Positions 6,844-16,658 of a stretch of DNA of 64,000 nt are shown in pieces. Position numbers and translations under genes: made by a program. The number at the start of each line of letters is the position of its first letter. Position 1 is the stretch's first letter. This DNA is from an uncultured bacterium (GTDB lineage Bacteria; Bacteroidota; Bacteroidia; Chitinophagales; CAIODY01). The stretch lies in the NCBI GenBank assembly GCA_903857255.1, contig CAIODY010000115.1, positions 10,068 to 74,067 on the forward strand, in the 5' to 3' direction. The notes under the pieces were generated by a model. It searched no databases. It was given only the letters and a program-made list of their open reading frames with translations, and was not told the origin of the DNA.

Positions 6844-9342
6844 AACAATTTTGTGATTTGCTTTTGCATTTGATTGCAACACTTCAATTTTATTGTAATC
6901 ACCTTTTTCCCAAAGTTTGGTAAAGTTGTCGTAATAAATGCTGCCTGGGTTTCCACTTTGACCGCCAGGGTAAATTCCATAAGCTTCGGTTTGCGGCGTT
7001 AACGAAACTACCATACGCCATGATGGGCCGTGGTCTGTACCTACTGCGTTTACGGAATTTCTTTCACCATCACCAAAAGTATAATTGTTGAATGCTGGAA
7101 TTTTTGCCAAATGCTCAATGAAAGTGGCACGATAATCTGCCCAGTTTGATTTGCCTTTTTGTTGCAAAATTTTGAATTGATGATAAGCTGTATCAAAAGA
7201 AGTTACCAACAAATCTTTCAACGTTTCTTTTTTATTTTTTGTGTTGATATTATCCCAGAAAATGAAATTGGAATCGTTTTTCATGATGTCAATAAAAACA
7301 TCACGATTTGGTTTTTCTAAATGATAAGGATATTGCTGAAACTCATCGTTGAAAGTGGCATCAGTTAAGGCATCGTACCAGAGATTAAAGAAAGTGGTTC
7401 TTGTATTTTTAGCTCGATTTCTTTTATTCCAATAAAAACAACTGTCAACAAATTTTGAATCGTTTACTTGACTTCTAAATACATCATAAACTTTTTCGGC
7501 TTCTATTTGGGCATTAAAAATCCTCATTCTAATATCATCACGACCTTTTTTTGCAGCTTCTAAAATTTCGATTTGTTTACTCTTTGTTAGCTCTTTTAAA
7601 ATTGTTTCGTGGAAATCTTCCACCCACAAGTTGTAATTATCATTTTGCAAATTTTTCATCGCCTGTGCATCTGTACTGGTGGCTCGTTCCAGCACATCAT
7701 TAATTCTCAAACTTCTGTATTCATAATAATCGCCGTAATAATTGTAAGGATAAGTTTTGTCGGTAGGTTGTTGATTGGCGCTACTTACAAAGCCACGTTC
7801 GGGATTTAAAATATGCGGATTTTGTTCGTGTGGAATGAATTGATGTTGTGCCAATTTTGAATTGTTGCCTTCTAAAATAAATTTACCTTCATCGGGCTGC
7901 AACACAGCAAATCTACCTTGTTCCCAAATTGCGATGTCTTTATTTTTACAAGCAAAAACAAAATTTTGCCCTGGCGATTGAAAATAACTTATCGCTTTAT
8001 CATACTCCGAAAAATTGTTGGCTCGGTTCAATAAATAAATGGTCATCAATTCATTGCTTGAATAATGTCCTATCCAGTTCATCGCCAGATTTTCAATTTT
8101 ATTATTTAGCTTCATTCCTCTATCATATTGCACTGGTCCGAAAACCGTGTAGAATACTGTATCTTGGACAATTCCCTTTCCACGAACCTGAATATTTTCA
8201 ATTTTCATTTCTGATTTTACCCAATGATTATCCAACCAATATTCTTGTTGCGATGCATCTTTGAATTTGATGTGGTAAAAGTTTTTCACATCACGTTCGG
8301 CATTGGTCATGCTCCAAGCACATGAATCATTGAAGCCAATAATCACACCTGGCGCACCAGGCATCGAAGCACCATTCACCGATTTTCCATTGCAAGTCAA
8401 TTGAACCTGATACCAAATTGAAGGAAGCGTTAAATGCAAATGTGGGTCACCGCAAAGAATCGGATAACCACTCTGTGTCTTGCTTCCACCAACTGCCCAA
8501 TTGTTGCTGCCGACTTGATAATTTGGTTTTGGCGCAATGCCAGCGAAACCATTTTTGTTATCGTACAACTCTAATTTTGTGGTATCGGGTTGTATAACAT
8601 TTTCAAAATTGTATTCTGTTCCTTTGGGAATAATAGGCGAAATGTAATTTTGAAAATCGGGATAGAGTTCATCAAAAACTGATTTTTCAAAAACTCTGTT
8701 CGCATTGGTGTAAGCAAAATCGTTGCAATAGCCACTTAAATCATCCGCCATCAACTTCAATAGCAGCGCAGTTTTCAGCGTTGTCCAATGTTCGGGTTTG
8801 TAATCCAACAATTTATATTCGAGTGGCAAATTCTTTGCGCTTAATTCATCTACAAAAGCATTTACACCATTGCAATAGGCTTCCGACATCAACTTTGTTT
8901 TTTCATCTTTCAACATTTCGTTCAATGATTTTTCAGCAGCCCAAACCATGCCTTTTCGGCGTTGTGTTTTATCAAACTCCAAACCTTTGTTGCCAATGAT
9001 TTCGCTCACTCTGCCTGCGGCTGCATGGGTTTGCAATTCCATTTGCCACAAGCGGTCTTTGGCTGTGAGATAACCTTGCAAAAAGTATAAATCTTGTTCG
9101 TTATCAGCAATGATGTGTGGAATATGATTGTCGTCGAACAACACAGTGCTCTTGCCTTTCAAGCCGATGAGTGAAATATTTTCATTCGGATTTTTCTGTT
9201 GAATAGCATCTGCATTTTGCCAGCAACCCATAAATGGATTCAAGAATTTAGCAATCGGCGGCAACACACCAAAGCGATGATTCAACGAAAAACACAAACC
9301 AATGGTGAGAATGAAAGTGATGAAGAATTTTGTCCAACGCAT
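6829..9342 (-). CDS. Penicillin acylase family Ntn hydrolase (possible acyl-homoserine-lactone/beta-lactam acylase)
   Basis: GSNNWAVGGSKTQSGYPILCGDPHL contains the Ser nucleophile context of the penicillin amidase family. I place the start at MRWTKFFITFILTIGLCF (ATG at 9342), a signal/anchor sequence. The ORF-track start at 9450 runs through an upstream repeat. Confidence 0.85.
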   Translation of the reverse strand: MRWTKFFITFILTIGLCFSLNHRFGVLPPIAKFLNPFMGCWQNADAIQQKNPNENISLIGLKGKSTVLFDDNHIPHIIADNEQDLYFLQGYLTAKDRLWQMELQTHAAAGRVSEIIGNKGLEFDKTQRRKGMVWAAEKSLNEMLKDEKTKLMSEAYCNGVNAFVDELSAKNLPLEYKLLDYKPEHWTTLKTALLLKLMADDLSGYCNDFAYTNANRVFEKSVFDELYPDFQNYISPIIPKGTEYNFENVIQPDTTKLELYDNKNGFAGIAPKPNYQVGSNNWAVGGSKTQSGYPILCGDPHLHLTLPSIWYQVQLTCNGKSVNGASMPGAPGVIIGFNDSCAWSMTNAERDVKNFYHIKFKDASQQEYWLDNHWVKSEMKIENIQVRGKGIVQDTVFYTVFGPVQYDRGMKLNNKIENLAMNWIGHYSSNELMTIYLLNRANNFSEYDKAISYFQSPGQNFVFACKNKDIAIWEQGRFAVLQPDEGKFILEGNNSKLAQHQFIPHEQNPHILNPERGFVSSANQQPTDKTYPYNYYGDYYEYRSLRINDVLERATSTDAQAMKNLQNDNYNLWVEDFHETILKELTKSKQIEILEAAKKGRDDIRMRIFNAQIEAEKVYDVFRSQVNDSKFVDSCFYWNKRNRAKNTRTTFFNLWYDALTDATFNDEFQQYPYHLEKPNRDVFIDIMKNDSNFIFWDNINTKNKKETLKDLLVTSFDTAYHQFKILQQKGKSNWADYRATFIEHLAKIPAFNNYTFGDGERNSVNAVGTDHGPSWRMVVSLTPQTEAYGIYPGGQSGNPGSIYYDNFTKLWEKGDYNKIEVLQSNAKANHKIVFSPK

Positions 9343-9364
9343 TTTTATGAATGGTTTATAATTT

Positions 9365-9385
9365 GAAGTTCGCCAAACTTTAGTG
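9365..9385. repeat. Half-copy (right arm) of the GTTTGGCGAAC palindromic element
   Basis: GAAGTTCGCCAAACTTTAGTG matches the right arm plus flank of the 6209-6226 copy. Lies just upstream of the acylase start. Confidence 0.7.
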
Positions 9386-9457
9386 CAAGATTGATGATTG
9401 AAAGCAAAGGTAAAATGTTGGCAGAAAAAAAATTTGGAAGTTTGAAACAAGCGAATG

Positions 9458-10162
9458 TTAATGGTAGAGTTTGTTTTTCTTCAACTTGAAAGCCAAGCCT
9501 ATTCTGATTCCGAATTGAATGGTCGGTAAAACAGTATTAATGTTCATTGGCTTTGGAGGATTGTAGTTGGCATAAAAATGTCCACCAATCCCATAGTTTT
9601 CGTTCAAAATTTCTAAAGCCCTATGCTTATATCGTAAACCAACACCACAATAAACATCAATAGGTATTTTATCGAAAAGTAAATGCTCATAACCATATAA
9701 AAGTTGAAAGCTGTAAACATATTTTCTTTCAATAGCAATCATATGTTTATCATCATCTCTACCGCCATCCACTCCAGGCAATTCACCAGTTTCCAAAATC
9801 AAATCACTCACACTATCATTTTTCACCCAATCATAATTTCTGTTTGGATAATACTCGTAACGAAAAAATAATGCAGGTTCTAAATATGCTCCACTTTTTT
9901 GATAAAATCGAATTCCAGCTCTTAATGTGTAACCATAAACTGGCTGATAAGGATTGTTAGATTTTATGTATCCACCACCAAATTCAATGCTTTTTTTTGT
10001 ACAAAATTTGTACTCACAGAGCATACCTAATTCATAGCCAGTTATATCAAACCCATCTGAAAGTAAAATTGGATTTGCTTTAAACATCAATCTCGGAATC
10101 GAATCCCAATCTTTTGCAAAAACCGAAATCGGCAACAGCAAAATGAAAATTATTTTTTTCAT
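9458..10162 (-). CDS. Exported beta-rich protein, unknown function
   Basis: 234 aa. Signal peptide MKKIIFILLLPISVFA. Alternating aromatic/hydrophilic pattern suggests a beta barrel. Confidence 0.45.
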   Translation of the reverse strand: MKKIIFILLLPISVFAKDWDSIPRLMFKANPILLSDGFDITGYELGMLCEYKFCTKKSIEFGGGYIKSNNPYQPVYGYTLRAGIRFYQKSGAYLEPALFFRYEYYPNRNYDWVKNDSVSDLILETGELPGVDGGRDDDKHMIAIERKYVYSFQLLYGYEHLLFDKIPIDVYCGVGLRYKHRALEILNENYGIGGHFYANYNPPKPMNINTVLPTIQFGIRIGLAFKLKKNKLYH

Positions 10163-10248
10163 GGCAACTATTTTTTCAAAGATAAAGATTTGTGAAAATA
10201 AAAAAGCGTTCTTCCATTTTTTGAAGAACGCCTTTTGCTATTTTTTTT

Positions 10249-10884
10249 CTAAAATGTTTTAGTGCTGTGCAACACAGCTTGCTCAATGCGTTGTTGAATT
10301 TTTGGAATCGGCAATTTTGTTTTCATTTTTGGTGCATCCATTTCGGGGTCGATGTCGCCGAAATACGAAACCGCTTTTAGCGCAATTAATGGATTCATGT
10401 GTGGATATTTTTTGGTAAAAAATTCGAGCATTTGCCGAATTGAAAAATGCTCTAACAAAAAATAAATGTCCACAAAATCTTTTAGCCGCTTGCCCGAATT
10501 GAGGATGGCATTGAGTTTCATGGCGGCAATATCTTCGCAAGATAAAAATGTGATGCCTTCTTCGGTGATGGGTGGTTTTACAAATGGATAATTGTGGCGA
10601 ATGAAATCGGTTTTTATTTTTTGAACCAATGAAATTAAAGTGTTTTTGCGTTGATAAATTAATTCCACTTCTTCAAAATGTTTTTTCATCAATTGCTCAA
10701 TATCTGCTGCTTCAAATTCTTGAGTGGTGAACAAATCAATATCAATAGAATTACGATGCCCCAATTGCAACGCCAGCGCAGTGCCGCCCACCAAATAAAA
10801 TTCATTCAATTCCGGCAATGCTTGCAACTGCTGAATCAAACTAAAAGTTTTTGGATGAATAATAAACGAATCTTTATGCAGCAT
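10249..10884 (-). CDS. Short nucleotidyltransferase of the AbiEii/AbiGii toxin family
   Basis: 211 aa. LVGGTALALQLGHRNSIDIDLF is the G-[GS]...D-x-D minimal nucleotidyltransferase motif in the AbiEii context. 11-bp overlap with the upstream small gene. Confidence 0.8.
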   Translation of the reverse strand: MLHKDSFIIHPKTFSLIQQLQALPELNEFYLVGGTALALQLGHRNSIDIDLFTTQEFEAADIEQLMKKHFEEVELIYQRKNTLISLVQKIKTDFIRHNYPFVKPPITEEGITFLSCEDIAAMKLNAILNSGKRLKDFVDIYFLLEHFSIRQMLEFFTKKYPHMNPLIALKAVSYFGDIDPEMDAPKMKTKLPIPKIQQRIEQAVLHSTKTF

Positions 10885-11134
10885 TTAGTAAATCGGAGTT
10901 TAAAAAAAATCGACAAAAATCTTTATCGCGTTTATCTAATTGCGCCGACCATTCGATGGTTTCAACAATTTGTTGGGTAGTGTAGTAGCGTTTTATTTCT
11001 TTCCATTGTTTCAAATTTCCCATTTGCAAAACTCGTTCGATGGCAATCTTTGCCGACTTATCAAAATTGAAAGTATCGTAATCAAATTCCCACAGCAAAT
11101 TGGCTGGTATATTAGGTTTGGGCTTGTTTTGCAT
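10874..11134 (-). CDS. Small conserved partner of AbiEii (putative antitoxin; not AbiEi-like)
   Basis: 86 aa. Overlaps the AbiEii start (ATGCTGCATAA). From memory it resembles the small DUF6922-type proteins found upstream of short AbiEii genes in Bacteroidota; this is unverified. Confidence 0.55.
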   Translation of the reverse strand: MQNKPKPNIPANLLWEFDYDTFNFDKSAKIAIERVLQMGNLKQWKEIKRYYTTQQIVETIEWSAQLDKRDKDFCRFFLNSDLLNAA

Positions 11135-11326
11135 CTTGAAATTGTTGTAACAAAGCTAAGAAAAATTAGTGAACTATTTTTTGTTTTTACAAATCATAAA
11201 ATCAATTTTTTCATCGAAAACTTCTACTCATAATTGCCTTTAAAATACGCTTTATTACTGATTGAATTTTGAGTGTTTGAAATTAAATTGCCATTGGTAA
11301 ATAAATTTTAACTTTGGTAAATTCTT

Positions 11327-14300
11327 ATGCGTTTAATATTTAGCTCACGATTAATTATTATTTTGCTCTTATCGCTTGCTTTGGTGAATGTTACCAATCA
11401 TTGCGAAGCTCAGCTGCATCCGCAATTTGCGAAGCGATTAAAAAATTATTCGCAACCCAAACAATATTCGTTGTTTGTAAAAGGCGATGTAGAAAAAATA
11501 AAATCGGCAATAAAAAAAATAAATGGCACTTTTAAATACGCTTTCGGAAACATAGCATCCATCAATATTCCAGCCAGTGAATACGATAATTTTTTAAAAG
11601 CTGATTGGTATGAAAGTCGTCAATTAAGTTATTACAAAGGCGATGTGATGGATGACCAAGCCAACATCAATAACAATGTAAATGCTGTTCACACAGGCAC
11701 TACGCCGCTGCCACAGGCGTATGACGGCACAGGTGTGATAGTTGGAATTTTAGATTATCAATTAGATTTTAATCATCCTGATTTTAAATTAGCCAACGGA
11801 CATAGCCGCATAAAATATTTATGGAATCAACACGACACCAGCATTGGCGCACATCCTGCTCCTTATGGTTATGGAAAAGATTGGGATAGTTCGGCAATTA
11901 ATGCAGGCACCATCACCACCTATCAACCTGATATGGTGTATTATGGTCATGGCACTTTGACAACAGGAACAGCCTGCGGAAATAGTCAGCAACATAGCAA
12001 TTACAGGGCTATTGCGCCGAATGCTGATATAATTTTTGTGGGCATTGATATGCAAGGCTTAACTGGAAATAGTTTTGAATCGTGTGTGGCTGATGGTGCT
12101 GCGTATGTGTTTGCTAAAGCTGCGGCATTGGGCAAGCCATGTGTGATTAATACCAGCATTGGCACGTATGCAGGTTCGCATGATGGAACTGATTTAGCAA
12201 CACAAGCCATTGAAAATTTGTTGGCAGCACAAGGTGGTCGTTCGTTGGTTGCAGCGGCTGGAAATGCAGGCGGAAAGCCAATTCACTTGGGTTATACCAT
12301 TCCAACTAATGATTCGGCTTATACATTTTTCAAAACATTTTCTGCTGGCGGAATGCAGGTGATGTATTTTGAATTATTTAGTGATTATGCCAATTGGAAC
12401 AATGCACAATTTGCTGTGGGAGCTGATTATACAAGTCCCTACACCCATTTGCCTCGAACAAATTTCATGAATGTTTTGACCGATTATCAAATGAGTTCGC
12501 AAACTACCTACACCCGATACGATACCATTAAAAATGCAATCGGTCAACGATTGGGTGTGATGGAATCCTACTGTGAAAAACAAAACGGACATTACTTTAT
12601 GTACTTTGGTGTGATTGCAGATTCGGTTACAAATTATGTTTGGCGATTCATGACCAAAGGTAGCGGAAAGTTAGATGTATGGAGTCATCCAAGTTTTACA
12701 GGAACATCGCAAATGTTGAACAGCGGCTTACCTACTGTTGCACAATTGCCCGATATGTCGAAATATATTTTGCCTGATACCGAACAAACTATTGTTGGCG
12801 ATTGGAATTGTAGCGCAAAAGTTATTTCGGTGGCTAATTATTTAAATCGCAATAATTACACCACTTGGCAAGGGAATAATTTTGTTTGCAGTTCGTCCGC
12901 TACAGGCAGCAGAGCTTTATCTAGCAGTAAAGGACCGACACGAACTGGTTTGCAAAAGCCTGATATTGCTGCAACTGGCGATAGGACTTTGGCTGCCGAT
13001 GATTTTTATTGGATAAACTGGGCGAAGACTGGTAATCCCAATGGTATTTCATCTGATACTTTACACGGACCTCACAATGGTACATCAGCAGCGGCTCCCA
13101 CGGTGAGTGGTGTGGTGGCTTTGTATTTTCAAAAATATCCAACAGCCAATTGGGCTGATGTGAAAGCATCGGTTACTACCTGTGTGAAGACAGATAATTT
13201 TACTGGCAATAATTTACCCGATTATGATTGGGGCTATGGAAAAATTGATGCCTTCAAGGTTTTGAATTGTAAGGGTTGTACCAATCCGAGTTCAACCAAT
13301 TACAATCCTTATTCTCAAATTAATGATGGCAGCTGCATTTTAAGTTATCCTACCAACACCACCATTCATTCATCAAAAACTTTTATTTGTACTGGCGATA
13401 CAGTACAGTTCAGCGATTCCATTGGCTCTGCATTTGTTCCCACACAATGGTTTTGGACATTTGGCAGTGGCACATTTCCAGTAGGAAGTACTTTGCCATC
13501 ACCTAAGGTTGTTTTTAATACTGCTGGTCAACATGTTATTACTTTAGTGATTGCTAATGCAGGTGGTTCGGGTACTTTTACTGATACAGTAACTGTTGTC
13601 AGCACACCTTTAAATTCATTTAGTTTGATTTCGCAAATTTGCCAAGGCAGCAATGATATTGTTACTTATACAGGCAACGCAACTGCTGGTGCATCTTATA
13701 ATTGGACGTTCAATGGTGCATCCATCAACGGTTCGGGGCAAGGACCATATCAAGTTAGTTGGGTAGCAATTGGCAATAAAATTGTGTCATTACAAGTTTC
13801 TGAAAATGGTTGTGCATCAACTATAGCTTCACAAAATGTAAATGTTGAAGGACTTCCCATCATTCATTTCACTTATCATTTAATGGGTTCAACAGCAACA
13901 TTTATTAACAACACATCGGGCGCAACTGCTTATGCTTGGTACTTTGGCGATGGCGGAACAAGTGCTCAAAACAGCCCAAGCCATACTTACACCACTAACA
14001 ACACATTCATTGTTACTTTAAATGCCAGCAGCGGCTTGTGTTCATCATCTGATACGATGAATGTGAAAATTACTGGCGCATTAGGAATAGAAAATATTGT
14101 TGCAACCGAAGATGATTTTTTCGTTTTCAATAATCATAATTCTACTTTAGAAATACAATGGAATAAATTTTCAAAACCCCGAACCATTGAATTAATCAAC
14201 CTAAACGGGCAAGTGATTTATACTTCAAATTTATTAAAGGAAAATTATTGTAGTGTAGATATTGCCAACCTTCCAGCTACAATTTATTTGGTAAGAAGTA

Positions 14301-14347
14301 TTGATGTGGATGGAAATGTCATCAACAAAAAATGGATTAAAAACTAA
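11327..14347 (+). CDS. Secreted S8 (subtilisin-family) serine peptidase with PKD repeats and a T9SS C-terminal sorting domain
   Basis: Catalytic contexts VGILDYQ (Asp), YGHGTLTTG (His) and HNGTSAAAPTVSG (Ser). PKD-like YAWYFGDGGTSAQNSPSHTY. C-terminus ...ATIYLVRSIDVDGNVINKKWIKN. Signal peptide present. Confidence 0.9.
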   Translation: MRLIFSSRLIIILLLSLALVNVTNHCEAQLHPQFAKRLKNYSQPKQYSLFVKGDVEKIKSAIKKINGTFKYAFGNIASINIPASEYDNFLKADWYESRQLSYYKGDVMDDQANINNNVNAVHTGTTPLPQAYDGTGVIVGILDYQLDFNHPDFKLANGHSRIKYLWNQHDTSIGAHPAPYGYGKDWDSSAINAGTITTYQPDMVYYGHGTLTTGTACGNSQQHSNYRAIAPNADIIFVGIDMQGLTGNSFESCVADGAAYVFAKAAALGKPCVINTSIGTYAGSHDGTDLATQAIENLLAAQGGRSLVAAAGNAGGKPIHLGYTIPTNDSAYTFFKTFSAGGMQVMYFELFSDYANWNNAQFAVGADYTSPYTHLPRTNFMNVLTDYQMSSQTTYTRYDTIKNAIGQRLGVMESYCEKQNGHYFMYFGVIADSVTNYVWRFMTKGSGKLDVWSHPSFTGTSQMLNSGLPTVAQLPDMSKYILPDTEQTIVGDWNCSAKVISVANYLNRNNYTTWQGNNFVCSSSATGSRALSSSKGPTRTGLQKPDIAATGDRTLAADDFYWINWAKTGNPNGISSDTLHGPHNGTSAAAPTVSGVVALYFQKYPTANWADVKASVTTCVKTDNFTGNNLPDYDWGYGKIDAFKVLNCKGCTNPSSTNYNPYSQINDGSCILSYPTNTTIHSSKTFICTGDTVQFSDSIGSAFVPTQWFWTFGSGTFPVGSTLPSPKVVFNTAGQHVITLVIANAGGSGTFTDTVTVVSTPLNSFSLISQICQGSNDIVTYTGNATAGASYNWTFNGASINGSGQGPYQVSWVAIGNKIVSLQVSENGCASTIASQNVNVEGLPIIHFTYHLMGSTATFINNTSGATAYAWYFGDGGTSAQNSPSHTYTTNNTFIVTLNASSGLCSSSDTMNVKITGALGIENIVATEDDFFVFNNHNSTLEIQWNKFSKPRTIELINLNGQVIYTSNLLKENYCSVDIANLPATIYLVRSIDVDGNVINKKWIKN

Positions 14348-14705
14348 ATAGTTGCTGGAGAGTTAATTTTTTGGTGTATTCATCTCTGGGCAGCAATATT
14401 TTTTACTCGTAAACCCCTTTCCTGAAGTTATTGATATTGAAAAAGTAATTGAAGATAAATTTCTCTAAAATGTGAACGCTTTTATCAGATAGAAATTTTT
14501 GGAATTTTGATGATGGTAATATTATTAACAGAGAAAACAAATTTAATCTTCAATGCATAATTTTGGTATTTATAGGAGTCCCCTACGATTTTTGAGTGAT
14601 AATGTATGACGTTTCGGCTCGTTTGTGGCAAAGCATAGAGCACACAAAACAAAGAAAAGCAACGATTACAAATTTAAAATTCACTTTTAACAATTGACTA
14701 TTCAC

Positions 14706-15641
14706 CTACTCATCCCCATACAACGCTACATACTCAACGCCTTTGGCATCAATACTTCCGCGGTGCATGCCTTGGGCATTAAATACTAAACTCACATTGC
14801 CTTTTGCATCCACACCAATCATTCCGCCTTCGGCATGCATGGCTTTTAGTTTTTCATTCACTACTTTTTGCATCGCATCGTGCAACGATAAATTTTTGTA
14901 TTCCATCAAACATGAAACATCGTAAGCCGCCACTGCTCTCATAAATAATTCGCCATGCCCTGTGCAACTTATTGCACAAGTTTTATTGTTGGCATACACA
15001 CCTGCTCCAATAATCGGACTATCACCAATTCTGCCAAATTGTTTGTTAATCATTCCACCTGTACTGGTTGCTGCGGCTACGTTTCCATGTTTATCTAAAG
15101 CCACTGCACCAACTGTTCCAAACTTGCGTTCGGGCATTTCTTCGGTAATATGGTCGAGATGATAAAAATCTGTATGACGCACTTTTAACCATTGGTCGTA
15201 GCGTTGTTTGGTATAAAAATAATCGTCAGATTCCATTTCAACTTTCATCTTCAAAGCAAAATCATTCGCACCTTTTCCGCTTAACAAAACATGTCCGCTT
15301 TTTTCCATCACCGCTCTTGCAAATGAAATTGGGTTTTTCACATTGCGTACGCCAGCCACTGCGCCTGCTTGCAAATTGCTGCCATCCATTATGCTGGCAT
15401 CCAATTCGTGAATTCCTTTTTTTGTGTACACTGCACCTTTGCCAGCGTTGAACAACGGATTGTCTTCTAAACATTTCACCGCAGCTTCTACTGCGTCAAC
15501 AGCAGTTCCATTATTTTTTAAAATGCCAGAAGCCTTATGCAAAGCCGCTTTTAAGCCTGCTCTGAATTTCGGGTCTTCTTCTTCCAAAATAGTTTGCTTG
15601 GTTACTGCGCCTGCGCCGCCGTGAATTGCAATGGTGTACAT
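14706..15641 (-). CDS. iaaA: Isoaspartyl peptidase / L-asparaginase (Ntn hydrolase)
   Basis: IAIHGGAG N-terminus and the FGTVGAVALD autoprocessing Thr site. Start moved to MYTIAIHGG (ATG at 15641). Confidence 0.85.
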   Translation of the reverse strand: MYTIAIHGGAGAVTKQTILEEEDPKFRAGLKAALHKASGILKNNGTAVDAVEAAVKCLEDNPLFNAGKGAVYTKKGIHELDASIMDGSNLQAGAVAGVRNVKNPISFARAVMEKSGHVLLSGKGANDFALKMKVEMESDDYFYTKQRYDQWLKVRHTDFYHLDHITEEMPERKFGTVGAVALDKHGNVAAATSTGGMINKQFGRIGDSPIIGAGVYANNKTCAISCTGHGELFMRAVAAYDVSCLMEYKNLSLHDAMQKVVNEKLKAMHAEGGMIGVDAKGNVSLVFNAQGMHRGSIDAKGVEYVALYGDE

Positions 15642-15690
15642 GAAGAAAATTTTTTGTAAAGATAGTTTTTCGATTTGCAATTTGAAATTG

Positions 15691-16146
15691 CTAACACCAT
15701 TTCACTGCTTCCAATGGAAATATTTTCCCACTTTGTAAATCATTCATAATCGTTCTGATTGAATTTGCTGCCAGCAATTCTTCATCCTTCAATTGGTTGA
15801 TTTCTTCAATCGAAAGCCATCGATGTGCTTTGATTTCGTGTATCCAATATTTTTTTTGCTCACTAATGATTTTTGCCAGAAAAACAAAACGAATTAAATC
15901 GTACTTTTTGTAAGTGACATATTTGTACATGCCCAAAAGTGCTGTCAATTCTACATCGTATCCTGTTTCTTCCAAAGCTTCGCGAATGGCACAGTCAGAA
16001 ACTGATTCGTGTTTTTCGAATCTTCCTCCTGGTAAATTCCATAAATTTTTGCTTTGAATTTTATTTTCTTGCACCAACATAATTTTATTTTCATGTTGTA
16101 AAATAACAGAAGCTGTGGCGGTGATGATGGTGGTGTTTTCTTGCAT
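15691..16146 (-). CDS. NUDIX hydrolase
   Basis: NUDIX box GGRFEKHESVSDCAIREALEETGYDV. Start set at MQENTT (16146) because the longer ORF runs into the rplL terminator hairpin. Confidence 0.8.
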   Translation of the reverse strand: MQENTTIITATASVILQHENKIMLVQENKIQSKNLWNLPGGRFEKHESVSDCAIREALEETGYDVELTALLGMYKYVTYKKYDLIRFVFLAKIISEQKKYWIHEIKAHRWLSIEEINQLKDEELLAANSIRTIMNDLQSGKIFPLEAVKWC

Positions 16147-16163
16147 GATTATTATTACAAAAA

Positions 16164-16198
16164 CAAAAAAGGCGTTCAATAGTTGAACGCCTTTTTTT
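16164..16198 (-). terminator. Intrinsic terminator after rplL
   Basis: GGCGTTCAA-TAG-TTGAACGCC stem flanked by an A-run and a T-run. Confidence 0.8.
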
Positions 16199-16218
16199 AG
16201 TTTTGGTATCAGTTGAAA

Positions 16219-16593
16219 TTATTTTACTTCAACATCAGCACCAGCTTCTTTCAATTTAGCAACTAAATCGTCAGCAGTAGCTTTATCCACACCTTCTTTT
16301 ACAGGTTTTGGAGCACCGTCAACTAAATCTTTTGCTTCTTTCAATCCCAAGCCAGTTAAATCTTTTACGATTTTTACTACTGCTAATTTGTTAGCACCAC
16401 CACTTTTCAAAATTACATCAAAAGATGTTTTTGCAGCAGCAGCTTCGCCACCACCAGCAGCAGGACCTGCAACGGCAACAGCCGCAGCAGCAGGTTCAAT
16501 ACCGTATTCTGATTTCAAAATTTCAGCCAATTCATTAACTTCTTTTACTGTTAAGTTAACTAATGATTCGGCCATTGCTTTTAAGTCTGCCAT
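16219..16593 (-). CDS. rplL: 50S ribosomal protein L7/L12
   Basis: 124 aa. Ala/Gly-rich hinge and C-terminal [12 protein letters not shown]. Confidence 0.95.
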   Translation of the reverse strand: MADLKAMAESLVNLTVKEVNELAEILKSEYGIEPAAAAVAVAGPAAGGGEAAAAKTSFDVILKSGGANKLAVVKIVKDLTGLGLKEAKDLVDGAPKPVKEGVDKATADDLVAKLKEAGADVEVK

Positions 16594-16658
16594 GATTATT
16601 CGTTTTTTGTTTTGTTTAAAAATTTGTTTGTTTTATATGTTGATGCTTGGAAGCCAAA

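Noticed and set aside
9343-9450. Long N-terminal extensions proposed by the ORF track. Besides this one on the acylase, they occur on iaaA, NUDIX, the POT transporter, OmpA, the flavin reductase, the polyprenyl synthase, TolC, TetR and the transketolase subunit.
   Set aside because: In each case an internal Met begins a proper signal peptide or the conserved N-terminus. The extension also crosses a repeat, a terminator or the neighbouring gene.
10283-10540. 85-aa ORF nested in the AbiEii gene, a possible overlapping antitoxin
   Set aside because: It is on the same strand but out of frame, is Arg/Cys/His-rich with no start context, and is entirely inside the nucleotidyltransferase frame. The real partner is the upstream 86-aa gene.
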